Assembly: GCA_964016885.1 (NCBI GenBank)
Contig: OZ024745.1
Location: 86,738,001-86,802,000 of the forward strand
Reading direction: 5' to 3'
Length of the DNA: 64,000 nucleotides
DNA from: Eledone cirrhosa
Taxonomy: Eukaryota
Part shown: positions 25,371-40,949 of the stretch, piece after piece
Layout of the letters: each line of letters opens with the position of its first letter
Numbering within the stretch: the stretch's first letter is position 1
Program-made: the position numbers and the translations under genes
Notes under the pieces: model-generated
Told to the model about the DNA's origin: nothing
Database searches by the model: none
The model's input: only the letters and a program-made list of their open reading frames with translations

Positions 25371-28300
25371 CACACACCAAACGATATCACAGAACAAACT
25401 ATATCACAGACGAAAATATATCTCAAACCAAATTATATCACAGACCAAACTATATCAGAGGTCAGACTATATGACACTCCAAACTATATCATAGACAATC
25501 TTTATCAGAGACCAGAGTTTATCACACACCAAACTATATGTCAGGTCAAACTATATCACAGACCAAACTATATCACAGTTTAATCTATATCACAGAAAAA
25601 ATATATCACAGACACACTATATCATAGACCAAATTATATCACATGTCAAACTTTGTCACAGATCAAACTATATCACAGGACAAACTATATCACAGACGAA
25701 ACTATATCTCACACCAAATTATATTACAGACCAAACAATATCACACACCAAACTATATCACAAGTGAATCTATATCACAGCCAAACTATGTCATAGACCA
25801 AACTATATCTCAGACCAAACTATATCACAGGCCGGACTATATCACAGACCAATCTATATCACAGACCAAACTATATCACAGACCAAACTATATCACAGAC
25901 CAAACTATATCAGTGACCAAACTGTATCACACACCCAACTATATAACAGGAACCACTATATCACAAACCAAACTATATCTAAGACCAATGTATATCACAG
26001 ACGAAACTATATCACAGGTCAAACAATATGAGAGACCAAACTATATCACAGAAAAAACAATATCACATACCAATCTATATCACAGACCAAACTATGTGAC
26101 AGGTCAATCTATATCACACACTAAATTATATCATAGAAAATCTAAATCACAGACAAACTATATCACCGACAATCTATATCACATGTCAAACTTTATCACA
26201 GACGAAACTATATCCCAGACGAAACTATATCACGGACCAAACGATATGACAGACCAAACTATATCACAGACCAATCTATATCAATGACCAAACAATATCA
26301 CAGCCCAAACTATATTGCAGACGAAACTACATCACAGAACAAACTATATGACAGACCAAACTATATCACAGACCAAACTATATCACAGACCAAACTATAT
26401 GATAGATCAAACTATATGACAGACTGCTCTATATCATCGACCAATCTATATCACAGACCAAACTATATTACAGACCAAACTATATCACAGACCAAACAAT
26501 ATCACATACCAAACTATATCACAGGACAAACTATATCACAGACCAAACTATATCACAGACCAAACTATATAACAAACCAAACTCTATCAGACACCAAACT
26601 ATATCAAACACCAAACTATATCAGAGGAACCACTATATCACAGACCAAACTATATCACAGATCTATGTATATCACAGACGAAAGTATATCACAGGTTGAA
26701 CTATATGACTCACCAAACTATATCACAGAAAAAACTAAATCACAGACAAACTATAACACAGACCAAACTATATCACGGACCAAACGAAATCACACCCCAA
26801 ACTATATCACATGTCAATCTATATTACAGAGTAAACTATCTCATACACCAAATTATATCTCAGACCAAACTATATATCACAGACAGAACTATATCACAGA
26901 CCAAACTATATCACAGACCAAACTATATGACAGAGCAAACTATATCACAGAACAAATTATATCAAAGACGAAACTATATCTCAGACCAAATTATATCACA
27001 GACCAAACTATATCACAGAGGAAATTATATGATGACCAAACTATATCACAAACCAAACTATAGTACACACCAAACTATATCACAGGTCAAACTATATGAC
27101 AAGTCAAACTATATCACAGGCCAAACTATATCACAGGTTAATCTATATCACAGACCAAACTATATCACAGAAAAAATATATCACAGACAAGCTATATCAT
27201 AGACCAAATCATATCACATGTAAAACTTTATCACATATCAAACTATATCACAGGACAAACTATATCACAGAGGAAATTATATCTCAGACCAAACTATATC
27301 TCAGATCAAACAATATCACACACCAAACTATATCACAGGTGAATCTATATCACAGGTGAATCTATATCACAGACGAAACTATATCATAGACCAAACTATA
27401 TGTCAGACCAAACTATATCACACATCAAACGATATCACAGAACAAACTATATCACAGACGAAAATATATCTCAAACCAAATTATATCACAGACCAAACTA
27501 TATCAGAGGTCAGACTATATGACACTCCAAACTATATCATAGACAAACTTTATCAGAGACCAGAGTTTATCACACACAAAACTATATGTCAGTTCAAACT
27601 ATATCACAGACCAAACTATATCACAGTTTAATCTATATCACAGAAAAAATATATCACAGACACACTATATCATAGACCAAATTATATCACATGTCAAACT
27701 TTGTCACAGATCAAACTATATCACAGGACAAACTATATCACAGACGAAACTATATCTCACACCAAATTATATTACAGACCAAACAATATCACACACCAAA
27801 CTATATCACAAGTGAATCTATATCACAGCCAAATTATGTCATAGACCAAACTATATCTCAGACCAAACTATATCACAGGCCGGACTATATCACAGACCAA
27901 TCTATATCACAGACCAAACTATATCACAGACCAAACTATATCACAGACCAAACTATATCAGTGACCAAACTGTATCACACACCCAACTATATAACAGGAA
28001 CCACTATATCACAAACCAAACTATATCTAAGACCAATGTATATCACAGACGAAACTATATCACAGGTCAAACTATATGAGAGACCAAACTATATCACAGA
28101 AAAAACAATATCACATACCAATCTATATCACAGACCAAACTATGTGACAGGACAATCTATATCACACACTAAATTATATAATAGAAAATCTATATCACAG
28201 ACAAACTATATCACCGACAATCTATATCACATGTCAAACTTTATCACAGACGAAACTATATCCCAGACGAAACTATATCACGGATCAAACGATATGACAG

Positions 28301-29490
28301 ACCAAACTATATCACAGACCAATCTATATCAATGACCAAACAATATCACAGCCCAAACTATATGCCAGACGAAACTACATCACAGAACAAACTATATGAC
28401 AGACCAAACTATATCACAGACCAAACTATATCACAGACCAAACTATATGATAGATCAAACTATATGACAGACTGCTCTATATTATCGACCAATCTATATC
28501 ACAGACCAAACTATATTACAGACCAAACTATATCACAGACCAAACTATATCACATACCAAACTATATCACAGGACAAACTATATCACAGACCAAACTATA
28601 TCACAGACCAAACTATATAACAAACCAAACTCTATCAGACACCCAACTATATCAAACACCAGACTATATCAGAGGAACCACTATATAACAGACCAAACTA
28701 TATCACAGATCTATGTATATCACAGACGAAACTATATCACAGGTCGAACTATATGACTCACCAAACTATATCACAGAAAAAACTAAATCACAGACAAACT
28801 ATAACACAGACCAAACTATATCACGGACCAAACGAAATCACACCCCAAACTATATCACATGTCAATCTATTACAGAGTAAACTATCTCATAGACCAAATT
28901 ATATCTCAGACCAAACTATATATCAGAGACGAAACTATATCATAGACCAAACTATATCACAGACCAAACTATATCACAGAGCAAACTATATCACAGAACA
29001 AACTATATCAAAGACGAAACTATATCTCTGACCAAATTATATCACAGACCAAACTATATCACAGAGGAAATTATATCACAGACCAAACTATATGACAGAC
29101 CAAACTATATGATGACCAAACTATATCACAAACCAAACTATAGTACACACCAAACTATATCACAGGTCAAACTATATGACAAGTCAAACTATATCACAGA
29201 CCAAACTATATCACAGGTTAATCTATATCACAGACCAAACTAAATCACAGAAAAAAAATATCACAGACAAACTATATCATAGACCAAATTATATCACATG
29301 TAAAACTTTATCACATATCAAACTATATCACAGGACAAACTATATCACAGAGGAAATTATATCTCAGACCAAACTATATCTCAGACCAAACAATATCACA
29401 CACCAAACTATACAGGTGAATCTATATCACAGGTGAATCTATATCACAGACGAAACTATATCATAGACCAAACTATATGTCAGCCCAAAC
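25371..29490 (+). repeat. ~2.05-kb tandem higher-order duplication, near identical
   Basis: Marker ACCAGAGTTTATCACACAC at 25511 and 27559. The 214-aa translations at 25643 and 27691 are almost identical (offset 2048). Confidence 0.92.
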
Positions 29491-30239
29491 TATATCACAG
29501 GCCGGACTATATCACAGACCAATCTATATCACAGACCAAACTATATCACATCCCAAACTATATCACAGACCAAACTATATCACAGAGGAAATTATATATC
29601 TGACCAAACTATATCTCAGACCAAATTAAATCACAGACCAAACCATATCACAGACCAAACTATATCACAGACCAAACTATATCAGTGACCAAACTGTATC
29701 ACACACCCAACTATATAACAGGAACCATTATATCACAGACCAAATTATATCAAATACCAATGTATATCACAGACCAAACTATATCACACACCAAACTATA
29801 TCACATGCCAATCTATATCACAGACTAAACTATATCTCAGACCAAATTATAACACAGAACAAACTATAACACAGCCCACACTATATCACACACCAAATTA
29901 TATCACGTGTCAATCTCTATCACAGACCAAATTCTATCACAGGTCAAACTATATCATAGACCAAACACTATCACAGACCAATCTATAGCACAGTGCAAAC
30001 TATATCACAGACCAAACTATATCACAGAGGAAATTATATCTCAGACATAACTATATCAAAGACCACACAAAATCACAAACCAAACTATATCACAGACCAA
30101 ACTATATCACAGGTCAGACAATATGACAGACCAAACTATATCACAGACCAAACTATATTACAGACCAAATTATATCACACACAAATCTACATCACAGACC
30201 AAACTATATGACAGACCAAACTATATCACAGACCAAACT

Positions 30240-32110
30240 ATATCACAGAGGAAATTATATCTCAGACCAAACTATATGACAGACCAAGCTATATCAGAGA
30301 CCAAACTATATGACCGATCAATCTATATGACCGACCAAACTATAACACAGACCAAAATATATCACAGACGAAACAATATCACAGAACAAACTATATCACA
30401 GGTCAAACTATATCACAGACCAAACTATATCACAGACCAATGTATATCACAGATGAAACTATATCACAGGTCAAACTATATGAAAGACCAAACTATATCA
30501 CAGAAAAAAATATATCACAGACCGAACTATATCACACACCAAACTATATCACACACCAAAATATATCACAGACTAATCTATATCACCAACCAAACTATAT
30601 TACAGACCCCACTATATCATAGACCAAACTATATCACAGACCACACTATATCAAAGAAGAAATTATATCTCAGACCAAACTATCTCTCAGACCAAACTAT
30701 ATCACACACCAAACTATATCACAGGAACCACTATACCTCAGACCAAACTATATCACAGACCAATCTGTATCACAGACGAAACTATATCACAGGTCAAACT
30801 ATATGACACACCAAACAATATCACAGAAAAAACAATATCACAGACAGACTATATCAAAGACCAAACTATATCACAGAGCAAAATATATCACACACCAAAC
30901 TATATCACATGTCTATCTATATCAAAGACTAAACTATATAACAGAACAAACTATATCACACACCAGATTATATCACAGGTCAAACTATATCATAGACCAA
31001 ACTATATCACAGAATAATCTATATCATAGAGCAAACTATATCTCAGACCAAATTATATCACAGACCAAACTATATCACAGAGGAAATTATATCTCAGACC
31101 AAACTATATGACAGACCAAGCTATATCAGAGACCAAACTATATGACCGATCAATCTATATGACTGACCAAACTATAACACAGACCAAAATATATCACAGA
31201 CGAAACAATATCACAGAACAAACTATATCACAGGTCAAACTATATCACCGACCAAACTATATCACAGACCAATGTATATCACAGACGAAACTATATCACA
31301 GGTCAAACTATATGAAAGACCAAACTATATCACAGAAAAAAATATATCACAGACCGAACTATATCACACACCAAACTATATCACACACCAAAATATATCA
31401 CAGACTAATCTATATCACCAACTAAACTATATTACAGACCCCACTATATCATAGACCAAACTATATCACAGACCACACTATATCAAAGAAGAAATTATAT
31501 CTCAGACCAAACTATCTCTCAGACCAAACTATATCACACACCAAACTATATCACAGGAACCACTATACCTCAGACCAAACTATATCACAGACCAATCTGT
31601 ATCACAGACGAAACTATATCACAGGTCAAACTATATGACACACCAAACAATATCACAGAAAAAACAATATCACAGACAGACTATATCAAAGACCAAACTA
31701 TATCACAGAGCAAAATATATCACACACCAAACTATATCACATGTCTATCTATATCAAAGACTAAACTATATAACAGGACAAACTATATCACACACCAGAT
31801 TATATCACAGGTCAAACTATATCATAGACCAAACTATATCGCAGAATAATCTATATCATAGAGCAAACTATATCTCAGACCAAATTATATCACAGACCAA
31901 ACTATATCACAGAGGAAATTATATCTCAGACCAAACTATATGACAGACCAAGCTATATCAGAGATCAAACTATATGACCGACGAATCTATATGACCGACC
32001 AAACTATAACACAGACCAAACTATATCACAGACGAAACAATATCACAGAACAAACTATATCACAGGTCAAACTATATCACCGACCAAACTATATCACAGA
32101 CCAATGTATA
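30240..32110 (+). repeat. 832-bp (49-monomer) tandem higher-order repeat, two copies plus a partial third
   Basis: Marker AGACCAAGCTATATCAGAGA at 30281, 31113 and 31945. ORF pairs 30440/31272 and 30803/31635. Confidence 0.92.
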
Positions 32111-35100
32111 TCTCAGACCAAATTATATCACAGACCAAACTATATCACAGAGGAAATTATATCTCAGACCTAACTATATGACAGGTCAAACTTTATCACA
32201 CACCAAACTATATAACAGGTCAAACTTTATCACAGATCAAACTATATCACAGGACAAACTATATCACAGATGAAACTATATCTCAGACAAAATTATATCA
32301 CAGACAAAACTATATCACAGACCAAACTAAATTACACAGCAAACTATATCAGAGGTAATTCTATATCATAGAACAAACTATATCTCAGACCAAACTACAT
32401 CACAGACCAAACTATATCACAGACCCAACAATATCACAGACCAAACTATAGTACAGACGAAACTATATCACAGAACAAACTATATGCCAGACAAAACTAT
32501 ATCACAAACCAAACTATATCACAGACCAAACTATATCACACACCAAACTATATCACACACCAAACTATATCACATGTCGATCTATATTACAGACTAAACT
32601 ATATCATAGACCAAACTATATCTCAGACCAAACTATATATCACAGACCGGACTATATCACAGACCAAACTATATCACAGACCAAACTATATCACAGACCA
32701 ACCAATATCACAGACCAAACTATAGTACAGACGAAACTATATCACAGAACAAACTATATGACAGACAAAACTATATCACAGACCAAACTATATCACAGAC
32801 CAAACTATATAACACACCAAACTATATCACATGTCGATCTATATTACAGACTAAACTATATCACAGACCAAACTATATCACAGACCAAACTATATGACAG
32901 AGCACACTATATCAGAGACCAAACTATATGACAGACCAAAATATATGACAGACCAAACTATATCACAGACCAAACTATATCACATGGAACTTATATCTCA
33001 AAACAAACTATATCATAGGTCCAACTATATCACAGAACAATCTATATCACAGACCTAACTATATCACAGCCGAACTATATCACAGACCAAACTATATCAC
33101 AGACCAAACTATATCACCGACCAAACTATATCACAGATCAAACCATATCAAAGGTCAATCTATTTAACACACCAAACTATAAAACAGACCAAACTATATC
33201 TCATGTCAAACTATATCACAGACCAAACTACATCACAGACAAAACTATATCACAGGAAATGATATGTCAGACCAAACTATATCATAGACAAAACTATATC
33301 ACAGGTCAAACAATATCACACACCAAAATCTAACACAGACCAAACAACAGCACAAACCAATCTTAATCACAAACTAAACCATATCACAGACCAAACTATA
33401 TCACAGACAAAACTATATTACACACCTAACTATGTCACATACGAAACTATATCACAGACCAAACTATATCACAGTCGAAACTATATCACAGACAAACTAT
33501 ATCACAACTCAAACTATATAACAGAACAAACTATATCCCTGACCAAACTATATCACAGACCAAACCATATCACAGGACAAACTATGTCACAGACGAAACT
33601 GTATCTCAGATCAAATTACATCACAGACCAAACTATAACACAGACCAAACTATATCACAGGCCAAACTATATAATAGACCAAAATATATCACAGACCAAT
33701 CTATATCACAGAGCAAACTATATCACAGACCAAACTATACCACAGAGGAAATTATATCTCAGACCTAACTATATCAAAGACCAAACTATATCAGAGACGA
33801 AACTATTTCAGAGAACAAAGTATATCACACACCGAACTATAAAACTTGTCAAAGTATATGACAGGTCAAACTATATCACAGGTCAATCTATATCACACAC
33901 TAAACTATATCACAGACCAAAGTATTTCACAGGCCAAACTACAAAACAGACCAAACTATATGATATACCAAACTATATTTCAGGTCAAACTATATCACAG
34001 ACCGAACTATATCACAGACCAAATTATATCACAGAGGAAATTATATGTCAGACCAAACTATATCACAGACCAAACTATATCACAAACCAAACTATATCAA
34101 ATATCAAACTATATCACAGACCAAACTCTATCACAGACCAAACTACATCACGGAACAAACTATATCACAGACCAAACTATAGTACAAACGAAACTAAATC
34201 ACAGACGAAACTATATCACAGACAAACTATACCACAGGTCAAACTATATCACAGAACAAACTATATCCCTGTCCAAACTATATCACAGACTAAATTATAT
34301 CACAGAATAAACTATCTCACAGACCAATATATATCACAGACCAATATATATCACAGACCAAACTATATGACAGACCAAACTACATCACGGAACAAACTAT
34401 ATTACAGACCAAACTATAGTACAGACGAATCTAAATCACAGACGAAACTATATCAAAGAAGAAACTATATCACAGACCAATCTATATCACCGACCAAACT
34501 ATATCACAGACCAAACTATATTACAGACCCTTTATATCACAGACCAACTATATCACAGACCAAACTATATCACAGGTCAGACTAGGTCACAGACCAAACT
34601 ATATCTCAGACCAAACTATATCAGAGACCAAAGTATATCACACACCAAACTATAACACAGGTCAAACTATATCACAGGTCAATGTATATCACACAGTAAC
34701 TATGTCACAGACCAAACTATATGACAAGCCAAACTATAAAACGACCAAACTATATGATATATCAAACTATATTTCAGGTAAAACTATATCACAGACCAAA
34801 CCATATCACAGACCAAACTATATCACAAAGGAAATTATATGTCAGACAAAAATATATCACAGACCAAACTATATTACAGACCAAACTATATCCCATATCA
34901 AACTATATCACAGACCAAACTACATCATGGAACAAACTATATCACAGACCAAACTATAGTACAGAACATAGTAAATCACAGACGAAACTATATAAACTAT
35001 ATCACAGAACAAACTATATCCGTGACCAAATTATATCACAGATTAAACTATATCACAGACCACACTATATCATAGGTCAATCTATATCACAGACCAATAT

Positions 35101-35271
35101 ATATCACAGACCAAACTATATGACAGACCAAACTATATCAGAGACCAAACTATATGACATACCAAACTATATGACAGACCAAACTATATCCCAGACCAAA
35201 CTATATCACATGGAAATCATATCTCAGGCCAAACTATATCAAATGTCAAACTATATCACAGACCAATCTAT

Positions 35272-36815
35272 TGGCATTTGTCGACCATGAGAAAGCCTTT
35301 GAGAGATTTCCACGTGCTGTAATCTGGTGGGCTCTTAGAAAACTAAAAGTAGATGAATGGCTTGTGAAAGCGGTACAAGCCATGTATAGGGGAGCAGTCA
35401 GCAAAGTTATGATTAGCAATGAGTATAGCGAAGAATTTAGCGTAGGTTGGGGTCCACCAGGGCTCTGTTCTTAGCCTCTCCTGTTCATCATAGTACTGAA
35501 GGCAATAACGGAGGAGTTTAAGACCGGATGCCCATGGGAACTCCTGTATGCTGATGACCTCGCACTCATAGCTGAATCTATGGTAGAACTAGAGAATAAA
35601 TTCCAAACTTGGAAGCAGGGACTAGAAAGAAAGGGTCTCAAAGTCAACATGACAAAGACTAAGGTCCTTGTAAGTAGACGAGAAAACAGAACCCAGATCC
35701 CCTCAGGGAAATGGCCTTGCTCAGTATGTAGGAAAGGTGTAGGTAGGAACTCCATTCTCTGCCCCAAATGCAAACAATGGGTACACAAGAGATGTAGCGG
35801 GATCTCAGGAAGCTTAATTAAGAATGTAGGCTTCACATGCAGCAGCTGTGCTGGGACAGCAAGCAGCAAACAGCCACAGGAAACAAGTACCACCAATCTC
35901 TGGGAGGGCTCTGTAGAAACAGTAGACAGCTTCTGCTACCTAGGTGACCGAATTAGCAGCGGAGGTGGGTGTTCAGAAAGTACAATAACTAGGGTAAGAA
36001 CGGGATGGAAGAAGTTTAGAGAACTACTACCACTGCTAGCAGCAAAAGGCTTCTCCCTCAGAATGAAAGGCAGACTGTATGATGCGTGTATCCGAACAGC
36101 AATGTTGCATGGTAGTGAGACCTGGGCGCTGAAGGTGGAAGACTTACGTAGATTAGAGAGAAACGAAGCCTGCATGCTCCGATGGATGTGTAACAGTAAT
36201 ATACGTGAACGACAAAGCATAAATGAATTGAGAGAGAGACTGAGCATAAGAGGAATCAAATGCTGTGTGCAGGAGAGGCGGTTGCACTGGTATGGACATG
36301 TAATGCGTATGAAGGATGACAGCTGCATAAAAAGATGCAGAGCACTAGAAGTTGATGGAAACCGTGGAGTGGGGAGACCCAAGATGACCTGGGATGAGGT
36401 GATAAAAGCCGACCTTACCCAATTACACCTCTCAAAGGCAATGACACACGACCAAGACCTCTGGCGTCACGCAGTAATACAGAGTACCCGACCTCCCATG
36501 GGTACAAGCTGAAGCATATAGACAATATGGCCCCACACCCCCCACCGCAAGGTGGTCGTGGAGGTGCCACAGCAAAAAAGCACCCAGCCCACACTGTAAA
36601 GTGGACGTGTAGGCACCACGAAAAAGCACCCAGCACTCACTGTAAATGAGGTTGGAGTTAGGAAGGGTATCCAGCTGTAGAAATCAAGCAAAATCAGTTC
36701 CAGTATGAGCAAGGCATGGTCAGCCGACCAGAGACTGCCCACAACAGGACAACCCGTCTAACCCATGCTAGCGTGGAAGAACGGACGTAAAACGGTGATG
36801 ATGATGATGATGATG
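35272..36815 (+). mobile_element. RTE LINE copy 3: 5'-truncated inside the RT domain, inserted in the satellite with a 7-bp target-site duplication
   Basis: Starts at LAFVDHEKAF; one frameshift near 35443; then open through YADD (35547-35558), the PHD finger and RRLHWYGHVMR to the stop at 36512. 3' UTR very similar to copy 2; (GAT)n tail. AATCTAT at 35265-35271 and 36816-36822. Confidence 0.96.
35718..35849 (+). other. Intact PHD-type zinc finger coding segment in RTE copy 3
   Basis: C-x2-C-x10-C-x2-C-x4-H-x2-C-x14-C-x2-C (CSVC..CPKC KQWV HKRC..FTCSSC), with W-x-H and an aromatic residue two positions before the seventh ligand. Confidence 0.85.
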
Positions 36816-39800
36816 AATCTATATCACAGACGTAAATATATCACAGCCGAAACTATATCAGAGACCAAACTATATCACAGACCAAACTATATCACATATC
36901 AAATAATATCAAAGGTCAAACTATATCACAGACCAAACTATAAAATAGACCAAACTATATGATATACCAAACTATATCACAGGAAATTATATGTCAGACC
37001 AAACTATATCACAGACCAAACTAAATCACACACCAAACAATATCACAGACCAAACTATATCATAGACAAAACTATATCACAGGTCAAACTATATCACAGA
37101 CCAAACTATATCACAGACCATACTATATCACAGGTCAATCTATATCACAGACCACACTATATCACAGAAAAACTATATCACAGACAAACTATATCACAGA
37201 CCAAACTATATCACATGTCAAACTTTATCACAGATCAAACTATATCACAGAACATACTATATCACAGACGAAACTATATCACAGACCAAACTATATGACC
37301 GACCAAACTATATCAAAGACCAAACAATATCACAGACCAAAGTATATCACAGACCAATCTATATCACCGACCAAACTATATCACAGACCAATCTAGATCC
37401 CAGACAAAACTATATCAGAGACCAAACTATATCACACAGCAAACTATATCAGAGGAACCTCTATATCACAGATCAAACTATATCAGAGAGCAAAGTATAT
37501 CACATACGAAACTATATCACATGTGAAACTAAATGAGAGACGAAACTATATCACAGACCAAACTATATCACGGACCAAACTATATCACAGGACAAACTAT
37601 ATCACAGATGAAACTATATCTCACATCAAATTATATCACAGAATAAACTATAACACAGACCACACTATTTCACACACCAAATTATATCAAAGACCACACT
37701 AAATCACAAACCAAACTATATCACAGACCAAACTGTATCACAAGTCAGACTATATCACAGACCAAACTATATCACAGACCAAACTGTATCAGAGACCAAA
37801 TTATATCACATGGAAATTATAACTCAGACCAAACTATATCATATGTCAAACTATATCATAGACCAATCTATATCACAGACCTAATAATATCACAGCCGAA
37901 ACTATATCAGCGACCAAACTATATCAGAGACCAAACTATATCACAGATCAAACCATATTATAGGTCAAACTATATCACAGACCAAACTATAAAACAGACC
38001 AATGTATATCACAGACCAATCTATATCACAGACCTAATAATATCACAATCAAAACTATATCAGCGACCAAACTATATCAGAGACCAAACTATTTCACAGG
38101 TCAAACTATATGACAGGCCAAACAATATCACATGTAAAACTTTATCACAGACGAAACTATATTACAGACCAAACTACATCATGGAACAAACTATATCACA
38201 GACCTAATAATATCACAGCCGAAACTATATCAGCGACCAAACTATATCAGAGAACAAACTATATCACAGATCAAACCATATTATAGGTCAAACTATATCA
38301 CAGACCAAACTATAAAACAGACCAATGTATATCACAGACCAATCTAAATCACAGACCAAACTATATCACGGACCAAACTATATCATAGACAAAACTATAT
38401 CACAGGTCAAACAATATCACAAAAAAAAACTCTAACACAGATCAAACTATATCACATAACAATCTTTATCACAGACCAAACTATATCACATTTGAAACTA
38501 TATCATAGCCGAAACTATATCACAGACCAAACTATGTCACAGACCAAACTATATGACAGACCAAACTATATCACAGACCAATCTATATCACAGACCAACT
38601 ATATCAGAGAGGAAATTATATCTCAGACCAAACAATATCTCAGACCAAATTAAATCACAGAACTAACCATATCACCGAACAAACTATATCATAGACCAAA
38701 CTATATCACACACCAAACTATATCACAGACCAAACTATATCACAGACCAAACTATATCATAGACAAAAATATATCACAGGTCAAACAATATCACAGACTA
38801 AACTATATCACAGACCAAACTATATCACAGGTCAAACTATACCACAGACCAATATATATCACAGAAGAAACTCTATGACAGACCAAACTATATCAGGGAC
38901 CAAACTATTTGACAGACCAAACTATATGACCGACCAAACTATATCACAGACCAAACTATATCACAGACCAAACTATATCACAGACCAGACTATATTAAAG
39001 GTCAAACTATATCACAGACCAATCTATATCACCGACCAAATTATATCACAGACTAAACTGTATTACACACGAAACTATATCACAGAACAAACTATATCAC
39101 AGACCAAACTATATCACAGACCAAACTATATCATAGACCAAACTATATCACACACCAAACTATATCACAGGAACCACTATATCACAGACCAAACTATATC
39201 AGAGACCAATGTATATCACAGACGCAACTATATCAACTGACAAACTATATGATACACCAAACTATATCACAGAAAAAACTATATCGCAGATAATCTATAT
39301 CATAGACCAAATTATATCTCAGACCAAACTATATATCATAGACCGGACTATTTCACAGACCAAACAATATCACATACCAAACTATATCAGAGACAAAACT
39401 CTATCACAGGACAAACTATATCACACACCAAATTATAACATGGGTCAATCTATATCACAGACCAAACAATATCACAGGTCAAACTATATCATAGACAAAA
39501 CTATATCACAAACCAATCTATATCACAAAGCAAAATATATCACAGACAAACTATATCACAGACCAAATTATGTCAGACCAAAATATATCACAGACCAAAC
39601 TATATCACAGACCAAACTATATCACATATCAAACTATATCACAGACCAAACTCTATCACAGACCAAACTACATCATGGAACAAACTATATCACAGACCAG
39701 ACTATAGTACAGATGAAACTAAATCACAAATGAAACTATATCACAGACCAAACTATGTCACAGGTCAAACTATATCATAGAACAAACTATATCCGTGACG

Positions 39801-40949
39801 AAATTAATATCACAGACTAAACTATATCACAGACCAAACTATATGACAGGCCAAACTATATCAGAGACCAAACGATATGATAGACCAAACTATATGACAG
39901 ACCAAACTATATCACAGACCAAACAATATCACATGGAAATTATATCTCAGACCAAAGTATATCATATATCAAACTATATCACAGAACAATCTATATCACA
40001 GGCCTAACAATATCACAGCCAAAACTATATCAGAGACCAAACTATATCACAGAACAAACTATATCACAGATCAAATAATATCATAGGTCAAACTATATCA
40101 CAGACCAAACTATAAAACAGACCAAACTATATCACTGGAAATTATATGTCAGACCAAACTATATCAAAGACCACACTAAATCACAGACCAAACTGTATCA
40201 CAGACCAAACTATATGACAGGTCAGACTATATTACAGACCAAACTATATCACAGACCAAACTATATCAGAGACCAAATTATATCATGCACCAAACTATTT
40301 CACAGGTCAAACGATATGTCAGGTCAAACTATATCACATGTCAAACATCATCACAGATGAAACTATATCACAGGCCAAACTACGTCATGGAACAAACTAT
40401 ATCACAGACCAAACTATAGTACAGACGAAACTAAATCACAGACGAAACTATATCACAAACGAAACTATATCACAGATCAAACTATATCACAGAACAAACT
40501 ATATCCCTTACCAAATTATATCACAGACTAAACAACATCACAGACCAAACTATATCACAGGTCAACCTATATCACAGACCAATATATATCACAGACCAAA
40601 CTATATGACAGACCAAACTATATCAGAGAACAAACTATGTCACAGAACAAACTATATCAGAGACCAACGTATATCACACACCAAACTATATCACATGTCA
40701 AACTATATGACAGGTCAAACTATATCACAGACCAAACTATATCACAGTTCAATCTATATCACACACTAAACTATATGACAGAAAAACTATATCACTGACG
40801 AACTATATCTCAGACCAAACTATATCACAGGACAAACTATATGACAGACGAAAGTATATCTCAGACCAAATTATATCACAGATCGGACTATATCACAGAC
40901 CAATCTATATCACCGACCAAACTATATCACAGACAAAACTATATCACAG

